A stretch of DNA of 63,384 nucleotides, the filler included, from Rhabdomonas costata (lineage: Eukaryota): assembly GCA_019059605.1 (NCBI GenBank). It is 23 parts of 23 records of this genome, joined end to end, with 100 filler letters (N's around TTAATTAATTAA, not from the genome) between each part and the next. Parts side by side here need not be neighbours in the genome. Positions count along the whole stretch, not along the records: positions 46,939 to 49,597 come from JAHMHO010002454.1; positions 49,698 to 52,356 come from JAHMHO010002455.1; positions 52,457 to 55,115 come from JAHMHO010002456.1; positions 55,216 to 57,872 come from JAHMHO010002457.1; positions 57,973 to 60,630 come from JAHMHO010002458.1; positions 60,731 to 63,384 come from JAHMHO010002459.1; 17 more parts are not named here. The stretch is one strand, 5' to 3'. This document shows positions 49,013 through 63,384 of this stretch, piece after piece. A program made the position numbers and the translations under genes. How positions within the stretch are numbered: position 1 is the stretch's first letter; each line of letters opens with the position of its first letter. A model generated the notes under the pieces. It saw nothing but the letters and a program-made list of their open reading frames with translations. It did not search any database and was not told the DNA's origin.

Positions 49013-49697
49013 GTGCTGCGCCCATGGGGCCCTCTCTGCTTTGGGCTGCGTCAGTACTCTCTGCTTTCTTACTTGCTTGCTTGCTTGCTTGCTTCAAGAA
49101 TGACTCTTTAACTTTGAGCGTACGAGCAGCTCTTGCAACACTGGCTGCAGTAATGGGGCAAAAGATGATGCACTGTTCATCATGGGAGAAAGTGACAGTG
49201 GACAAGGACAGGGAAAGAACGGTCAATACTGGTCGCTACGTTCTACGACTTAAGAACAAATTCCAGTAATTCTTCTTTTCTGAATCGTCACACTTAAAAA
49301 TGGAAAGATGTGGACCTTCTTCAAAATTTTGTGGACCTTCTTCTGTCAAATGGAGCTTTCACCTGCCCATCTATAGGTTTTTGAGCAGATATTTTTTGGT
49401 GATGGGTTTCTGGGCAACCTGGGGGACATTCACTGAGGGCTGAGCAGCAGGTTAACCCAACAAGTGGTGCTCTGTTACTGCAAGAAGGTTGTCGGTTGTA
49501 AGGTGCATTGAGTACGTATCTGCTACGATCTGCTGTAATTCTGCCAAATTCTATATTCTCGTTTTCAAGCTGAGAATTAAATTGAGAAACCAACAAANNN
49601 NNNNNNNNNNNNNNNNNNNNNNNNNNNNNNNNNNNNNNNNNTTAATTAATTAANNNNNNNNNNNNNNNNNNNNNNNNNNNNNNNNNNNNNNNNNNNN

Positions 49698-52340
49698 TAC
49701 GGCACCACGATGTAGGGACTACCCAGGCTGCTCTGGATGGGTGGGGCCAGGGTGGCGTGGACGGGGAGCTCGGAGCCCTGGCACGGGATGGCTTGGAGGT
49801 TGCGGGCGTCGAACAGCCCCAGCGGGAAGCCCTGGGCGGAGAGGGAGAGCACGCCAGAGGAAGGGTCTGCCTCGTCGTCGAAGTGCCACTGCAGGACCAG
49901 CCCGGGGGTGTCCTCGGCAATCCTGGGCAAGAAGGAAAGCAGAAGGGGGTGTGCCCATGCTGGCTTTGCACTGCGGGGGGCTAAAACCCCTCGTAGTCCT
50001 TCGACGGCAGTACAGACAGCACAGAAAAGTTTTTTTAAAGAAGGCCGCTTTGCAGGAGTCTCATGGTATCATCATTGATGTGTGGTCAGCCCGCAGGTGG
50101 TACTATCCCCTGGGGGCTCCCGAACTTTGATCAAGAGCTAGAAAGCAAGAAAGCAGACACGGAATTGGCACATGTGAAAGTTAATGCCGAAACGATAATT
50201 CGGCAAAACTGACCACGGAATTTCAAAGGCCAGATGTGATGACACTCATAAGATCGTTTTAATGCCCCAAAAAGCCTGAGAATTTCCTGACACAACATAA
50301 AATCGCGTGCCATGACAGAAAATCTTGTCACTATAGTACCTTTTTCAATGTGACGTTTGCGAAGATTCCTATTTTCACCAACCAAGCTGTTCAAAATTGC
50401 AACATTTCAACAGAAATTCCACAGCAGACTCTTTTCTCAGTAAATATCGCTTGTAAGGTAAAAACGCCTCATTTAGATTCCATTTCAAAAAACTCTGTTT
50501 TAAGGTGACGCGGACAATACCACCCAGCAAGCCGAGTGAAGAGGGTTTTTGGCACAAGAAAGCAGTGAACGGCGGTGGGTAGACTTATTTTCTCACCCCA
50601 GTTTGCGGAAAGGCGGGAAGAGGGGGAAGAGCAGTGGGATTACGGGAGCGCAGCAGGTTCGACCTTAGTCCCATGTTGGCCTGTATAGAGTCCTGGGAGA
50701 GTGCGACGTTCCAGATCCGGACCTCGTCGAGGTACCTGCCGAATGGTTGGGAGGGGAGGAGCAGTGCGTCTTCGCTCATAGGAGAAAAACTCGCCAGCCA
50801 GAAATCAATGAATGGGAGGCGCTAAAAAATGTGAAAAGGGAAAGAGAAGAGTAGCACAACCAGAAGCAAACACACTACGTTCGGTGCGCGTGTCCATAGC
50901 ACAAAGAATAAATGGGAATTCGGACGCCCCGATGTGGAAGGACCAAGTGATGGTGGAGCAGTGGAGGAGCGATAGCCTTCTCAGGCAAAAAAAAAGCCTT
51001 TCGTGCTTTAGTGCAAACCGCCGCTGCACATTAAAACAGAGTTTCATCACACACAAAAATGGAACACACAAGAGAAATAAAGCAATGGTGGGGTACACGT
51101 CAAAATCTCAGTGTGTTTTCAGCTTTCGGCCTGGGTAGGGTAGTGTATTAAAAGTAGCCGTCATCCCCACCAGCTAATCATTACCCGAGGATTTATACGC
51201 CCCCCACCCGCCTTCCCGCACACACTGTATACACAGAGCATGAGTTCGTTTGGAGTTCTCCTCCAGCCGGATTCATCAGCTTCCGTGGCCGCTGCTTTCG
51301 GTGGGAATGGTAACTCCTTTTTTCTCTTCTTCTGCTGGGCGGAGTTCCTTAGGAAACCCTTCTGCCGCATTAGAACCGCCGTTTGATGGGCGTCCACAAA
51401 GATACACTCACTCACTCACTCACATACACACTGAGTTGCGCGTAAAAAGTAAACAAGGGTACGGATACTGCCAGGAATCAAAACCGGATCGAATCCACAC
51501 CACAATCTAATAACACGCTGGTCTTACTCAACCAGGTCTACCCCAATGGAACATCAGGCCAGCAGGTGGGAATACAAGTAGCCTGAAGTCTGACACGAGT
51601 ATCGAGCAGTCGCGAGAACTAAGATGATGCAAAAAAATTTCCCTCCTGGGGTCTTGTGGAAGAAAAGGCAGAAGAGCGGAACAGAGAAGCTCCATACCCC
51701 TGGAAGCTGATCGAGGGGTCCACGGCAATCCACCCCTCACCGATCCCCGTGACATACTTCCCCAGAACCACGCTGACCGGGCGCGTCGGGAAGTTTGGGG
51801 GCCACGTGTTGGAGCCGTCCCCCACGGTGAAGTTGTCGGCGTAATACACCCCGTCGAAGTAGCACAGAATCTCCGTCGGGCTGACAGTCACGGCGAGGTG
51901 GTGCCATCCCTTCGTGGTGGCGGGGTCCAGCAGGACGTAGCCCCAGTACACGTCCTTCCCGAGCTGGTAGTCGAACTGCATGGCGTCCTCATAGAGGTTG
52001 ATCTACAAACGCAGAGGAAAAAAAGAGGGGGAGGGGGTGATGCATCCCCAAAAGAATCACCTATCACCTTTCACCATCCCAAAACTTTGGCCATGGCAGC
52101 GTGCGACACCACCCTGGAGGGGAGGGGGGGAGGGAGACCTGGAACATCAGCACGCTCTCCGGCACAGAGAACGTGAACGGGCTGGACTGCGCCGCGTAGG
52201 ACAGAGAGTACGCCCAGAACTCCACGCTGAAGCTGCTGGCGTTGGCCAGCGCGGTGAGCCCCGAGAGCAGCGCCACACTGGGGTCCGAGGGGAACAGCAG
52301 CGAGGTGCCGCCCCCGGGGACCCCGAGGGGGAGCTCACTC
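49698..52340 (-). CDS. LamG/pentraxin-like (ConA-like jelly-roll) extracellular protein, fragment
   Basis: Exons ~52340-52139, 52002-51698, 50735-50664 and 49922-49698. Motifs SFSVEFW, GWHHLAVT..CYFDG, FQG|YLDEVRIWNVALSQ and GLVLQWHFDD. Confidence 0.85.
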
Positions 52341-52530
52341 CCCCTCACCCAACCACNNNNNNNNNNNNNNNNNNNNNNNNNNNNNNNNNNNNNNNNNNNN
52401 TTAATTAATTAANNNNNNNNNNNNNNNNNNNNNNNNNNNNNNNNNNNNNNNNNNNNGTGTGTGAATTGTAGCTTAATAATGGCACCAATGGATGTGTTCA
52501 TTGTTGTTGTTTTTATGGGGGGGCTTGCAG

Positions 52531-52991
52531 GCTGATCAGTACCAACCGCTCTGGTGTGGTGTTTCTGCTGTGGGGCGGCTTTGCGCAGAAGAAGGCCAAG
52601 CTGATCGACCCCAAGAAGCATGCCATAATCCAGGTGTTCACAACGCCCCCATTTACCCATCTTCAGGCTCATGGCCTGGGTCGGGCGTAATCTGGAGAAG
52701 GGGATCATGAGCATCACTTCGGTCCTTCTTGATTTATTGGGACTCTGCCCCCTCCCCCTTTCTCTAACTTTCCCTCGCCTGCTTCTTTCAACTTCGTTCA
52801 ACCTTCCTTCTTTGCTGGCCATTCTTCTTTGTCCGCTCTCGCTGAACTCATCCTCTGGGTAACTTTCTGTGCTTCAGGCGGCACACCCTTCTCCGCTCTC
52901 GGTGGCTAAATGGCGGGGTTGCAAGGTCTTCTCCCAGACCAATGCCTACCTCACGAAGAGCGGGAAGCCCCCGATTGACTGGCAAGTGTAG
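52531..52991 (+). CDS. UNG: Uracil-DNA glycosylase (family 1), last two exons
   Basis: Exons 52531-52633 and 52878-52991: GVVFLLWGGFAQKK..|AAHPSPLS..FSQTNAYL..PIDWQV*. Confidence 0.95.
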
Positions 52992-53873
52992 CCGGGAAGT
53001 GGACGGTCTCCGGGCGCAGTCGGAGTGACTGTGGACTACCATGCTTTTCAGCACTATTCGCAGGGCTCCATGGGCGCCCTCCGAAGCTATTGCACTGTTG
53101 GGGAGTTGTATTCCCTCTACTCTTACTTTTGCCTGGTTGTCGAGTTTGCAGAGTTGCCATGGCGTTTTTTTTGCGTACTTGGTGAGGTAGCCCAACACCG
53201 ACACGCATTCTTCGTTGATCTCGCAGTGTATTTTCCTTGGTGCTCAAAAGGCAGCAAGCAGGTGGACGGCGAAAGTCGTTGGAATGGATTTTGGTGTGGG
53301 TACGGCCAGGGATTATACATCGATTGCAGTTGCAATCGATGTATAATGAGCGCTTTCCACAGTGGTTTGGACTCCAGCCAGCCTCGATGGGTAGTTTGTA
53401 TGTTGCGTGGCCTGAATTTTAATTCGCAATACACATTTGACCGCACGCCGCGGTGTCCACCGAGAACGTCCTCTGTGCTCATTTCCCTGCGCTCTATCTC
53501 ATTTCTCTACGTATCTAACACACTTGGTACCGAATTTCCGGAATGAGGCAGATACAGTTTTTTGTTTGTGGTTCGAGTGCTTTGGAGGAAGCATGGCGTA
53601 TTCAGCCAGTTAATACCTCAAAAATGTCCTTCTTTGGTGCACCAACATGAGTGGCTTCCACTGTGTTGTCTGCTTGGGGCGCTTGACACTGTATCTGTGG
53701 TGGTGCGGATAGAGGTTGCCTGGACAGGGTGAGAATTCCAGCAGTTGTGATTGCTAAGAATTTGACGATTGCAAACAGTTGCGAAAGGGAGTTATACTGG
53801 ATTGCTTTTTCAGCGTTCTTTTTTCCCTCGTTATTTTGCCCATTCTTCCTATTTTTCCATCCCTTTCCCACCA

Positions 53874-55105
53874 ATGGCGCAATCCCTCTATGAAGAAAAC
53901 CAGCAAATCGACAAGAACGTCTCCAACCTGGATCTTCGCACAATGATCTGCAAGAAGGAGACGAAGCAGCTGATGACAGAAGAAGTCGCAGGTGACGGCT
54001 TGTCATCGATGTGTGCGGTTTTCCTCTGAGAAAGTCTGGGGTCCCGGGTTATGGGCACAGTACATGCCGTAGCGTCGGTTGTTATTTTTTTGGGGAAACT
54101 CTATTATATTACGTTTCATTCCGATTTCTTGTATTATGAAACAGCATCCAGGTTTGCTATCGTGCTGGTAAGTTCCTTCCAGTTCCTTCCCTCCTTATGG
54201 TGATCTCGTTTGTTTTGAGTATTTTTTGGGTTGGTTTGGGTTGTCTGGTGGGTTTTTCAGCGAAGCGGGAGGTCAAGCGAATCCAGAGCGTGCCCTTGGT
54301 GGTGGGGCAGTTCTTGGAGATGATCGACCAAAGCCGTGGCATCGTGGGCAGCACCACGGGCCCCAATTACTACGTCAGAATACTCTCCACTCTGGACCGA
54401 GAGGTAATCATATTGAGGGGTCCACAGGCCGCTCAATATGTGCTGCGTGTGTTTCGGAAGAAGAAAAAAGAAAAGAAAAGAAAAGGGAACTGCATCACTG
54501 TATCCTTCAAGGGTGACGGAATTTGTCTCATATTCTGGGAGAACCGAATGCCTGTAATATCCATATATATTAGCAGAGGTTTGCTCTCTTATGTATTCTG
54601 AATTACATTCGTCCAGGCATCCAAAACAATACCTTTCTCCGGGTTCTGAGGGTGCTTGTATGGGTGCATTTGGGTGCTGCTGGGTGGGACACGAAGGAGC
54701 TTAAACCGAACGCCTCGGTGGGGCTGCACCGGCACTCAAATGCCTGCGTGGCAATCCTTCCTCCGGAGACCGACAGCAGCATTCAGCTCCTGGGGGCCTC
54801 AGAAAAGCCGGACGTCAGCTACATGGACATCGGAGGCCTGGACATGCAGAAGCAGGTCTATGCATGGGTGACGTTTGTTCAGCAGCAACCGCTGGAGCTC
54901 TCGGGCTGGGCACTAACCCGATACGTCGTTTTCCGTGACGGCGATAGTTTGCAATCGCCGCTGTGTGCATGGTGGTGAACTGCTTTGTTCTCGTAAACGC
55001 GTGAATAGCTTTCGGGAGAAGGAATGCAGTGGTGGATGTTTCGACGATAAATGTCCCCTCTCACTCACTCACTCGACTTTGCAGGAGATTAAGGAAGCCG
55101 TGGAG
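53874..55105 (+). CDS. RPT3: 26S proteasome AAA-ATPase Rpt3 (PSMC4), 5' part
   Basis: Exons 53874-53991, 54261-54403, 54697-54855 and 55085-55105. [67 protein letters not shown]. Confidence 0.93.
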
Positions 55106-55308
55106 ACCCCCACCCNNNNNNNNNNNNNNNNNNNNNNNNNNNNNNNNNNNNNNNNNNNNTTAATTAATTAANNNNNNNNNNNNNNNNNNNNNNNNNNNNN
55201 NNNNNNNNNNNNNNNTTTTTGTGGTTTCGGTGATCTTGCTTCTTTTTTTTTTGCAGTGACTCCCGCTTGAACTGCTGGGACTGAACTGGACTGAATTGCA
55301 ATGTTTGA

Positions 55309-57282
<1,974 letters not shown>

Positions 57283-57984
57283 GAATAGGCACCCTCCCCC
57301 GGGGGGGAGTCTTCGCATACTTGTGGGTGAACTCGGGTCGTCTCTCTTCCTGTGTTGGTGAGGAAGGGAGAGGAGGCTGCACCAGGCACTATCGCTAGAA
57401 CGCCTGCCCACTTTGAGGGCTCCGCCCAATCAAAGTGATGAGTGACCTTTCGTGAATGATCCGAAGCATGGAGTGGTGAATGGGTAATGGTGATGCTCTG
57501 CTGAAGCAAAGGTCTGTGGGGGTATGTACGTCAAAACTGTGGCGTGTGGCTTTGAAAATTGAGGGTCGCAACTTCATGACTTCTTCCATGGAAAATGCCT
57601 GACAAGGGGTGCGATCAGAGGTGCGCAGGAGAATTTCAGGGTCACGAGGTAACTCACCCTCAAATCTGTTACATCTTGTGGCAAGCACTCCTGTCAGGGG
57701 TCGGAAACAGTAATAGAAACAACAAGCGATGAATGCTGCGGTGGGGTTGGTGGTGGCTCGTTGTTTAAAGGTTGACCAATTGCATGTGGCAATTGCGCGG
57801 TTTGTTTAATAATTTCGACAGGTGCGATAGTTGAGGTAAATGCGTCATCCTCGTGGCCTGTTGGAGTGGTTCNNNNNNNNNNNNNNNNNNNNNNNNNNNN
57901 NNNNNNNNNNNNNNNNTTAATTAATTAANNNNNNNNNNNNNNNNNNNNNNNNNNNNNNNNNNNNNNNNNNNNGGGGGGGGGGTC

Positions 57985-60581
57985 CTTGTACCGCACCAGA
58001 AGCCTCTTCTGGATCGATCGAAACTGGTGCGCCCTCTCGCTGAGCAGCTGCTGCGACTGTGTCAGCTGCTGCCGTGCCTGTACGAGAGGGGAGTGAGCGT
58101 GAGTGTGTGAGTGCGTGCTTGTGCAAGGCCTGAGGGCACCAGTGCAGATGATACGGATACGTAATAGCCACAAGCAGGACATAAGCAGTTTTCAGATCCG
58201 ATTGTATGCCCGCGTACACCACCACAAGGAGAGCACCTGCATCCCTCACAAGATTAAGCCCCATGTCTTCCTTGTGTGGGTGAGGTACACGTGGGTTGGA
58301 AGGGTTGGGGGCTTCTCTTTACAGCAACAGACGCCGCGCGCATACAGCAAAGTGGGCGTCGATGGAAACGAAGTACTCTTGGAAGGGTACGTTGTCGGTG
58401 TAGGTGATGCAGAAGGGCTCTGAATACACGAGCCACACATATGTGGGTCAGGGGGAGACTGATAAAACGACTTACATAGACCTCGCTTCTATGTCAAATG
58501 TTCTCTGAGAACACGATCTCGGCTCCTCACCAAAGTACGCATTTAGTAAACAAATCCTCAGTGCCACCACAAAAAAAAACAGCGTCCGCGCACCAGAAGA
58601 ATTTTATTTTTGCTCATTTTCTTTTGGGTCCACCGGACCTCTGCGTTGGCTCCACTCCTCGCCCTCCCTGCTAAGTGACCACCCGTTTTAGGGATTTGTG
58701 GACCGGAGCTGGGGGCGGACGCGGAGGGGCATCATAACTTGAGCTGCACTCGCCTGGTTGGGGTTCATAGATGCCGTGGTGGCAGTTCAGTTTACTGGCT
58801 ATTTTCAGCCTTAAGATGTATCTCTATACCGACGGAGTGACCACGCTTCATTTTGGGCTTTGTTAAGGCTCTTGACGGACATTCTTCGGACTGTGCGTCC
58901 AAAAGGTGAAGCCCAGCAGTGCGTACTTCATGTGTTGGCACCAATGGGCTGGAATTCTCCTATTGGGGGGAGCCCTAGAGAGCCATTTCAGACTTTTTTC
59001 TGGGCCTGGTTAGAGCTGCTGTCTGGTGACAACCAGGAATTCAGTCAGCACAGACGCAGCCCTAGTCCGCCAACCACGCGGAGAAACAGATACCTGCGCT
59101 TTCGCCCTCCTGGAGTTGCTGCTGCTGCGGCGCGTTGGGGTCTCCAAAGTGCAGCTTCAGTCGTCGCACCAGCTCCGAGGTCAGCAGCCACAGTGCTTCA
59201 AAGGTGCCGCTTTGCACACGGTACCGCCCTACCCCGCAGAATACGGGAAGAGGAAAGGCGGAGGCAGTGTTGGGGCATTAACGGCAACTTGGAAATAAAC
59301 AAGTATGACATCATGAGAAGCGACTGACTCGCGGAGGCAATCGTACAAAGCAGCCTCACAGCGATCCCGTTGAACATTCGATAATTGAGTTCGAGAGAGA
59401 AGGAGAGAGAGAAAAGTCACGTTCTTATCGACGGGCCTTGCAAGAATCACCGACCCCGCACAGCTCAGACTCAAAGAGTAAGTCACGAAGAGCACAGTCA
59501 CCGGCGTTCTTGCTGACCAGGATGGTGGCATCCCCACCGTTGGTGTTGTAGTACTGAAAGCTCAGCACGTTCCCCGCAGAGGCAAGCTCACCTTTGCCTT
59601 TGGATTTTGCAGCAAATGGTTTGCATCACTCGAGGTCCTTCTGTGCCATACACCCCCGCCAATTTATGCGCGATGTATGTCGTGGCGACTAGGGGAACAA
59701 AGACGGAGAAGGCGGAGGCGTCAGCGAACGATGTGTATTTGTGTTTGTGAATAGGGTCTTTTGGGGGCTTTTTAAGAGCAAGATCGAACACCTCCTCACC
59801 TTCCTGAAGGGAGGTGCACATTCAGCTTCCATTATTACATGAACATACGTACATGCAACCACTCTTGTTAGTTTTCGGGTTGGAGTTGTCCTTGGAGCAG
59901 CGGACGGTCGCTTCCGTGGACACGTCACGTCAGATCTGGTGCCCCCCCCCCTCTTGCGGGGTTGCAACACTGCGCTGCTCTCTGCCGTGTGCGGCTGAGT
60001 AGCGGCGGCAGTATTCGCACAGGTGCAAGGGAGCAGGGAGAGAGGAAGAGGGCAGGGAGGAATCAAAAAGGGGGGAGGCGGCGCGGGGAAGAACGAGCGA
60101 ACCGGCCAAAATGTCGTCGAACAGCAGCTGCAGCTGGGGAGGGAGCCGGTTGGTGTCCAGAGTGATCTGTTATGCGTTGCACGTGCGGGCGTGTGAAAGC
60201 ATGGGTGGAGCAGAGCATGCTTCACTCGTGCCCATGTGCCTAACGATTAACGTTTGCCACATAAAACCACTCGTTCAGGGCCCTCCAAAAAGCCATTTCC
60301 AGAGTGGGAAAACCCGTTCCTTTTTAGTTCTATGAGATGGACCTCGACAACCTAGAGGCACCGCAACTACAGGGTCTAATCAATAACAACGCCGTTTGCC
60401 ATTTGGTTTGCTGGGCATTGACATCAAGGTGACCAAAGACTGTTTCTCGTTTCCCCCACCCGATGTCCCTCCACTCCCAGCGATAGAGAGCGCGTAAGGG
60501 AGGAGCCAAACCTTGAACTGAGGGTTCTTCACAGGCGGAATCACACAACCCGCAAGCGACAACGGCAGCAGGAACGTAATC
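57985..60581 (-). CDS. BBS9: BBSome subunit BBS9/PTHB1, internal fragment
   Basis: Exons 60581-60512, 60166-60103, ~59591-59502, 59228-59094, 58419-58346 and 58077-~57985. PPVKNPQFK|ITLDTNR..TILVSKNAG|RYRVQSGTFEALWL..IDAHF..ERAHQFRSIQKRLLVRYKD. Confidence 0.9.
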
Positions 60582-60789
60582 CTGAATCCCCACCCACCCA
60601 CACACACACACACACGCACACCCACACAACNNNNNNNNNNNNNNNNNNNNNNNNNNNNNNNNNNNNNNNNNNNNTTAATTAATTAANNNNNNNNNNNNNN
60701 NNNNNNNNNNNNNNNNNNNNNNNNNNNNNNGGTTTGTGGTCCACAACAAGAAGGAAGAAAGAATCCCAGAGTTACTCACGGGCGCGCAC

Positions 60790-63100
60790 GTACATCCACT
60801 CGTCGGCAGGCCCGGCAGCTTTGCGGTCCTCCAGGGGAAGATAGCACCCAAAAGGGGGCCCCTCGGGTGGGCAAATGACGGCCGCTGGGGTCAGCGTGAG
60901 GCTATACTCAGCCTGAACCCAGCACGAGGTCCAACCAACCCCGAGCAAAACGAAAAGCTTGTATGGACCCCTCCCGACGTTTCCCCGAAAATCTGGTCTC
61001 TCTGTGTGCTCCATTTTCAGGAATTCATCTCTATTTTCCTGGCCCCTTGGGCTTCCCAAGGCCATCTTTTACACGGCAGCTGTTGGAACAGGGAAACAAT
61101 ACTGTCCCAACACATGGACAACACACACAGTTCCATGGCAGCCTGAATGAATGCTCACCAAATTAACTCAACGAAAGATGGTTTCCCAGGCTATCGAGAA
61201 AAGAAACTAGAGCAGCATTATGACCAATCAGCTCCAAGGCGAGCATCCCCACACACATATGCGCACACCTGCCGGGCCACACTCTCGGTGACCAGGATTG
61301 CCACCCCAAGCTCCCGACAGGCCAGCCTCTGCAGCACCACTGCCTGACCCACGGCCTCCCCCACAACAACAAACATCCTCAGCCGCTCGCTGCCCATGTT
61401 CCCGCACCGCGCCATCGAGGACGCCACCCCGATCCGCACTGGGGGGGCCCGTTGGCTCGAGCTGGCTCCCAACTTGCCGCTACTTCCGCTGCTCCCCAAG
61501 GCTGCTGCAGCGGCGGAATATTGCGCATTGGTGTGGGCACACTCGTGAAATCGAAATGTACGTACAGTGCTGCGTATAATGCTGCGCTTTCTTTGTAGTA
61601 GGGTACGCTAGATGGCGAAGCAAGAGACGTCCATAATAACAATTCATATCATTTTAATGACGATGTGGCCATCAGAGTATATCAGACAACACCTCTCTCA
61701 GCACATTTTGCTTTAGACGCGCCATACTGCGCTCCAAAACTGTGCGCGACGAGCGCCACGTACGATCGGCGACGACAACCGGGACGGAATAGTGCAAGCA
61801 CCTGGCGCAGCATTACTATTGTAACGTTAGGTAGTAGAGCCCCGTTTTCAGTTTTGTTTCAAGAGTTTCCCGGTTTCCCATTTTAAGTGTTTATTTTTTA
61901 GGAATGGCCAACAACAGTGGGCAATATTACGCTGAATAGCTGAGGACATCCCCTGAAGAGGCACCGGAAAGGTCTCCTGCCAGCGGGAGACGACGTTCAT
62001 GGCGCACTCCACGGCACGAAACTCGGCCCGGGAGCAGGCCACGGGGACGTTCCAGCACGCGAACACCCGGTCCCCAATGACCTTGTCCAGGAGCCCCTTG
62101 GAGGCGTCGATATGGTGATGCAGCAGGGTAATGTAGCTGGAGTGCCGAGCCAGCACCTGAGGGGCAAAAATGGGTTCAGCCCCCTCGCGGAATACGTGCT
62201 ACAATCCACAATCCAGCCAGTCCCTGCGAGTTCGTCTTCAGGTTCAGGGTTAGCGGTCGGCAATGAATGCTTCAAGGGGTCGGGTTCACACAACCACAGT
62301 GTCCCAAAATTTGCAGCATTGACACAATGGAACGGTTCTGCCGTGCATGCAAAAAACGATGTAATCAACTAAACATCTCAGGAGCGTCATGCAAATGCTT
62401 AGTACCTCATCCTCCAGGAAAAAGTGAGTCGTTGTTTTAAACTAGCAGGTTCCCAACAGCCGGGGCATTACAGCTTCAGCATTTGGATTGCTGATTGTTG
62501 TTTTGCTGATCTTTTTTTTTTGGCTTCGAAAGAATCTTATCTGTTTTTTTTCGGATCGCGTTCGTTCGAACGAAAATATCACAGTTACAGGTAAAAGACA
62601 GTAGTACGCTGCATAAAAGACAACTCTAACAGAAAGGTCCACCCGAGGCATTCTTACAAACAAAACGGTCTCTGGTCGCACTCCAACGTGTGGCTCTCCG
62701 TCGCTCAAATTTATCGGGTTTGCTGCAGACTTCGTCTGGACAAAAAATGCAGAGACAGTCGGAGAGGGGGGCGGGGAGGAGAGGGTTAGCGCCCAGTGTC
62801 CAATGGCCCCCACGTTGGACCACGGCAAATAGACCAAAAAACGTGGTTGGGGGAGGGCATTGGGTCTGGAGTGGTACGAACGAATGGCACACCTCGTCTT
62901 CGGGGGCGACTCTGGCAAAGGCACTGAAGCCAGCCATATCAAAGCAGGCCACCGTGGTATTGCGGCACACTACGCCCGAGGACAGTGGTGAGTCCGCGAA
63001 AATCCTCCCCCCGGAGTCGGTCGAGGTACGCCGCCGAAAGTTTGGAGAGTCCCGCTGTGCAGTCCCACCGCACGCAGACGAGGGGTGAATAAAGACGAGT
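60790..63100 (-). CDS. Class III adenylate/guanylate cyclase-like domain protein, fragment
   Basis: Exons ~63100-62893, 62156-~61931, ~61504-61269 and 60912-60790. FDMAGFS, GLLDKVIGDRVFACWN, VRIGVAS..CGNMGS..VVGEAV and DEWMY. Confidence 0.85.
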
Positions 63101-63384
63101 GGGTGTGCACGTGCGTATGCCTGCAACACAAAGGCTATGCAGAGAACTTGCAAGAGAACTCGCAAGAGGACTTGCATCTTTGCTATGGCGTGAGCAAAAA
63201 CATTCACGAATATATCTAGTCCCAGTCCGAATCCTATAGATGATGATAATGATCCATATCCGACGATACTGGACGCGGCAACCCGAAAGCGGTGGACGTG
63301 TCATAAAGCAGCCTCCCCCCTCCCCGACAACTTGCACAGGAAAATATTTATTGGTCGAACTTTGCTAGAAGTGCACACACCCAC

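Noticed and set aside
55106-55115. Exons running into non-GT 'ACCC/ACAC' sequence at contig ends (also near 16574 and 24750), suggesting euglenid non-conventional introns
   Set aside because: These occur only at contig edges and match the A/C-only primer scar. I found no complete internal non-conventional intron with paired ends.
59870-59995. In-frame TGA within a coding-looking minus-strand block (possible readthrough or alternative code)
   Set aside because: It lies inside a BBS9 intron whose flanking exons join cleanly. TGA, TAA and TAG all end recognised genes (ADK TGA, receiver TAA, UNG TAG), so the code looks standard.

Overview
This window is not one locus. It holds 23 unrelated eukaryotic contigs of about 2.66 kb, apparently sorted by length, joined by 22 artificial 100-nt spacers (44 N + TTAATTAATTAA + 44 N). 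Most contigs carry fragments of intron-rich nuclear genes, which I rebuilt by hand from splice sites and protein motifs; most six-frame ORFs are noise. Recognised genes: axonemal dynein heavy chain, kelch protein, glucuronokinase, MTHFR, PC-esterase/SGNH protein, NSF, malate synthase G, NAA35/MAK10, flagellar EF-hand protein, class III cyclases, a CID-domain protein, two tandem WS/DGAT wax-ester synthases, a PbfA-like aminotransferase, an ankyrin protein, a Cys-rich repeat protein, a receiver domain, a LamG protein, UNG, Rpt3, adenosine kinase and BBS9. This gene set suggests a flagellate, most likely a euglenid (inference). The G/T-only contig starts and A/C-only ends suggest whole-genome amplification. 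Most interesting signals: (1) relaxed 5' splice sites, with a homology-supported GA-AG intron and many GC-AG introns; (2) an intron-containing, bacterial-type PbfA-like phosphonate enzyme with an altered PLP loop; (3) a Cys-rich protein encoded as one phase-1 exon per repeat. I saw no rRNA, tRNA, CRISPR array or intact transposase. No database search was run; family calls rest on motif recognition from memory.
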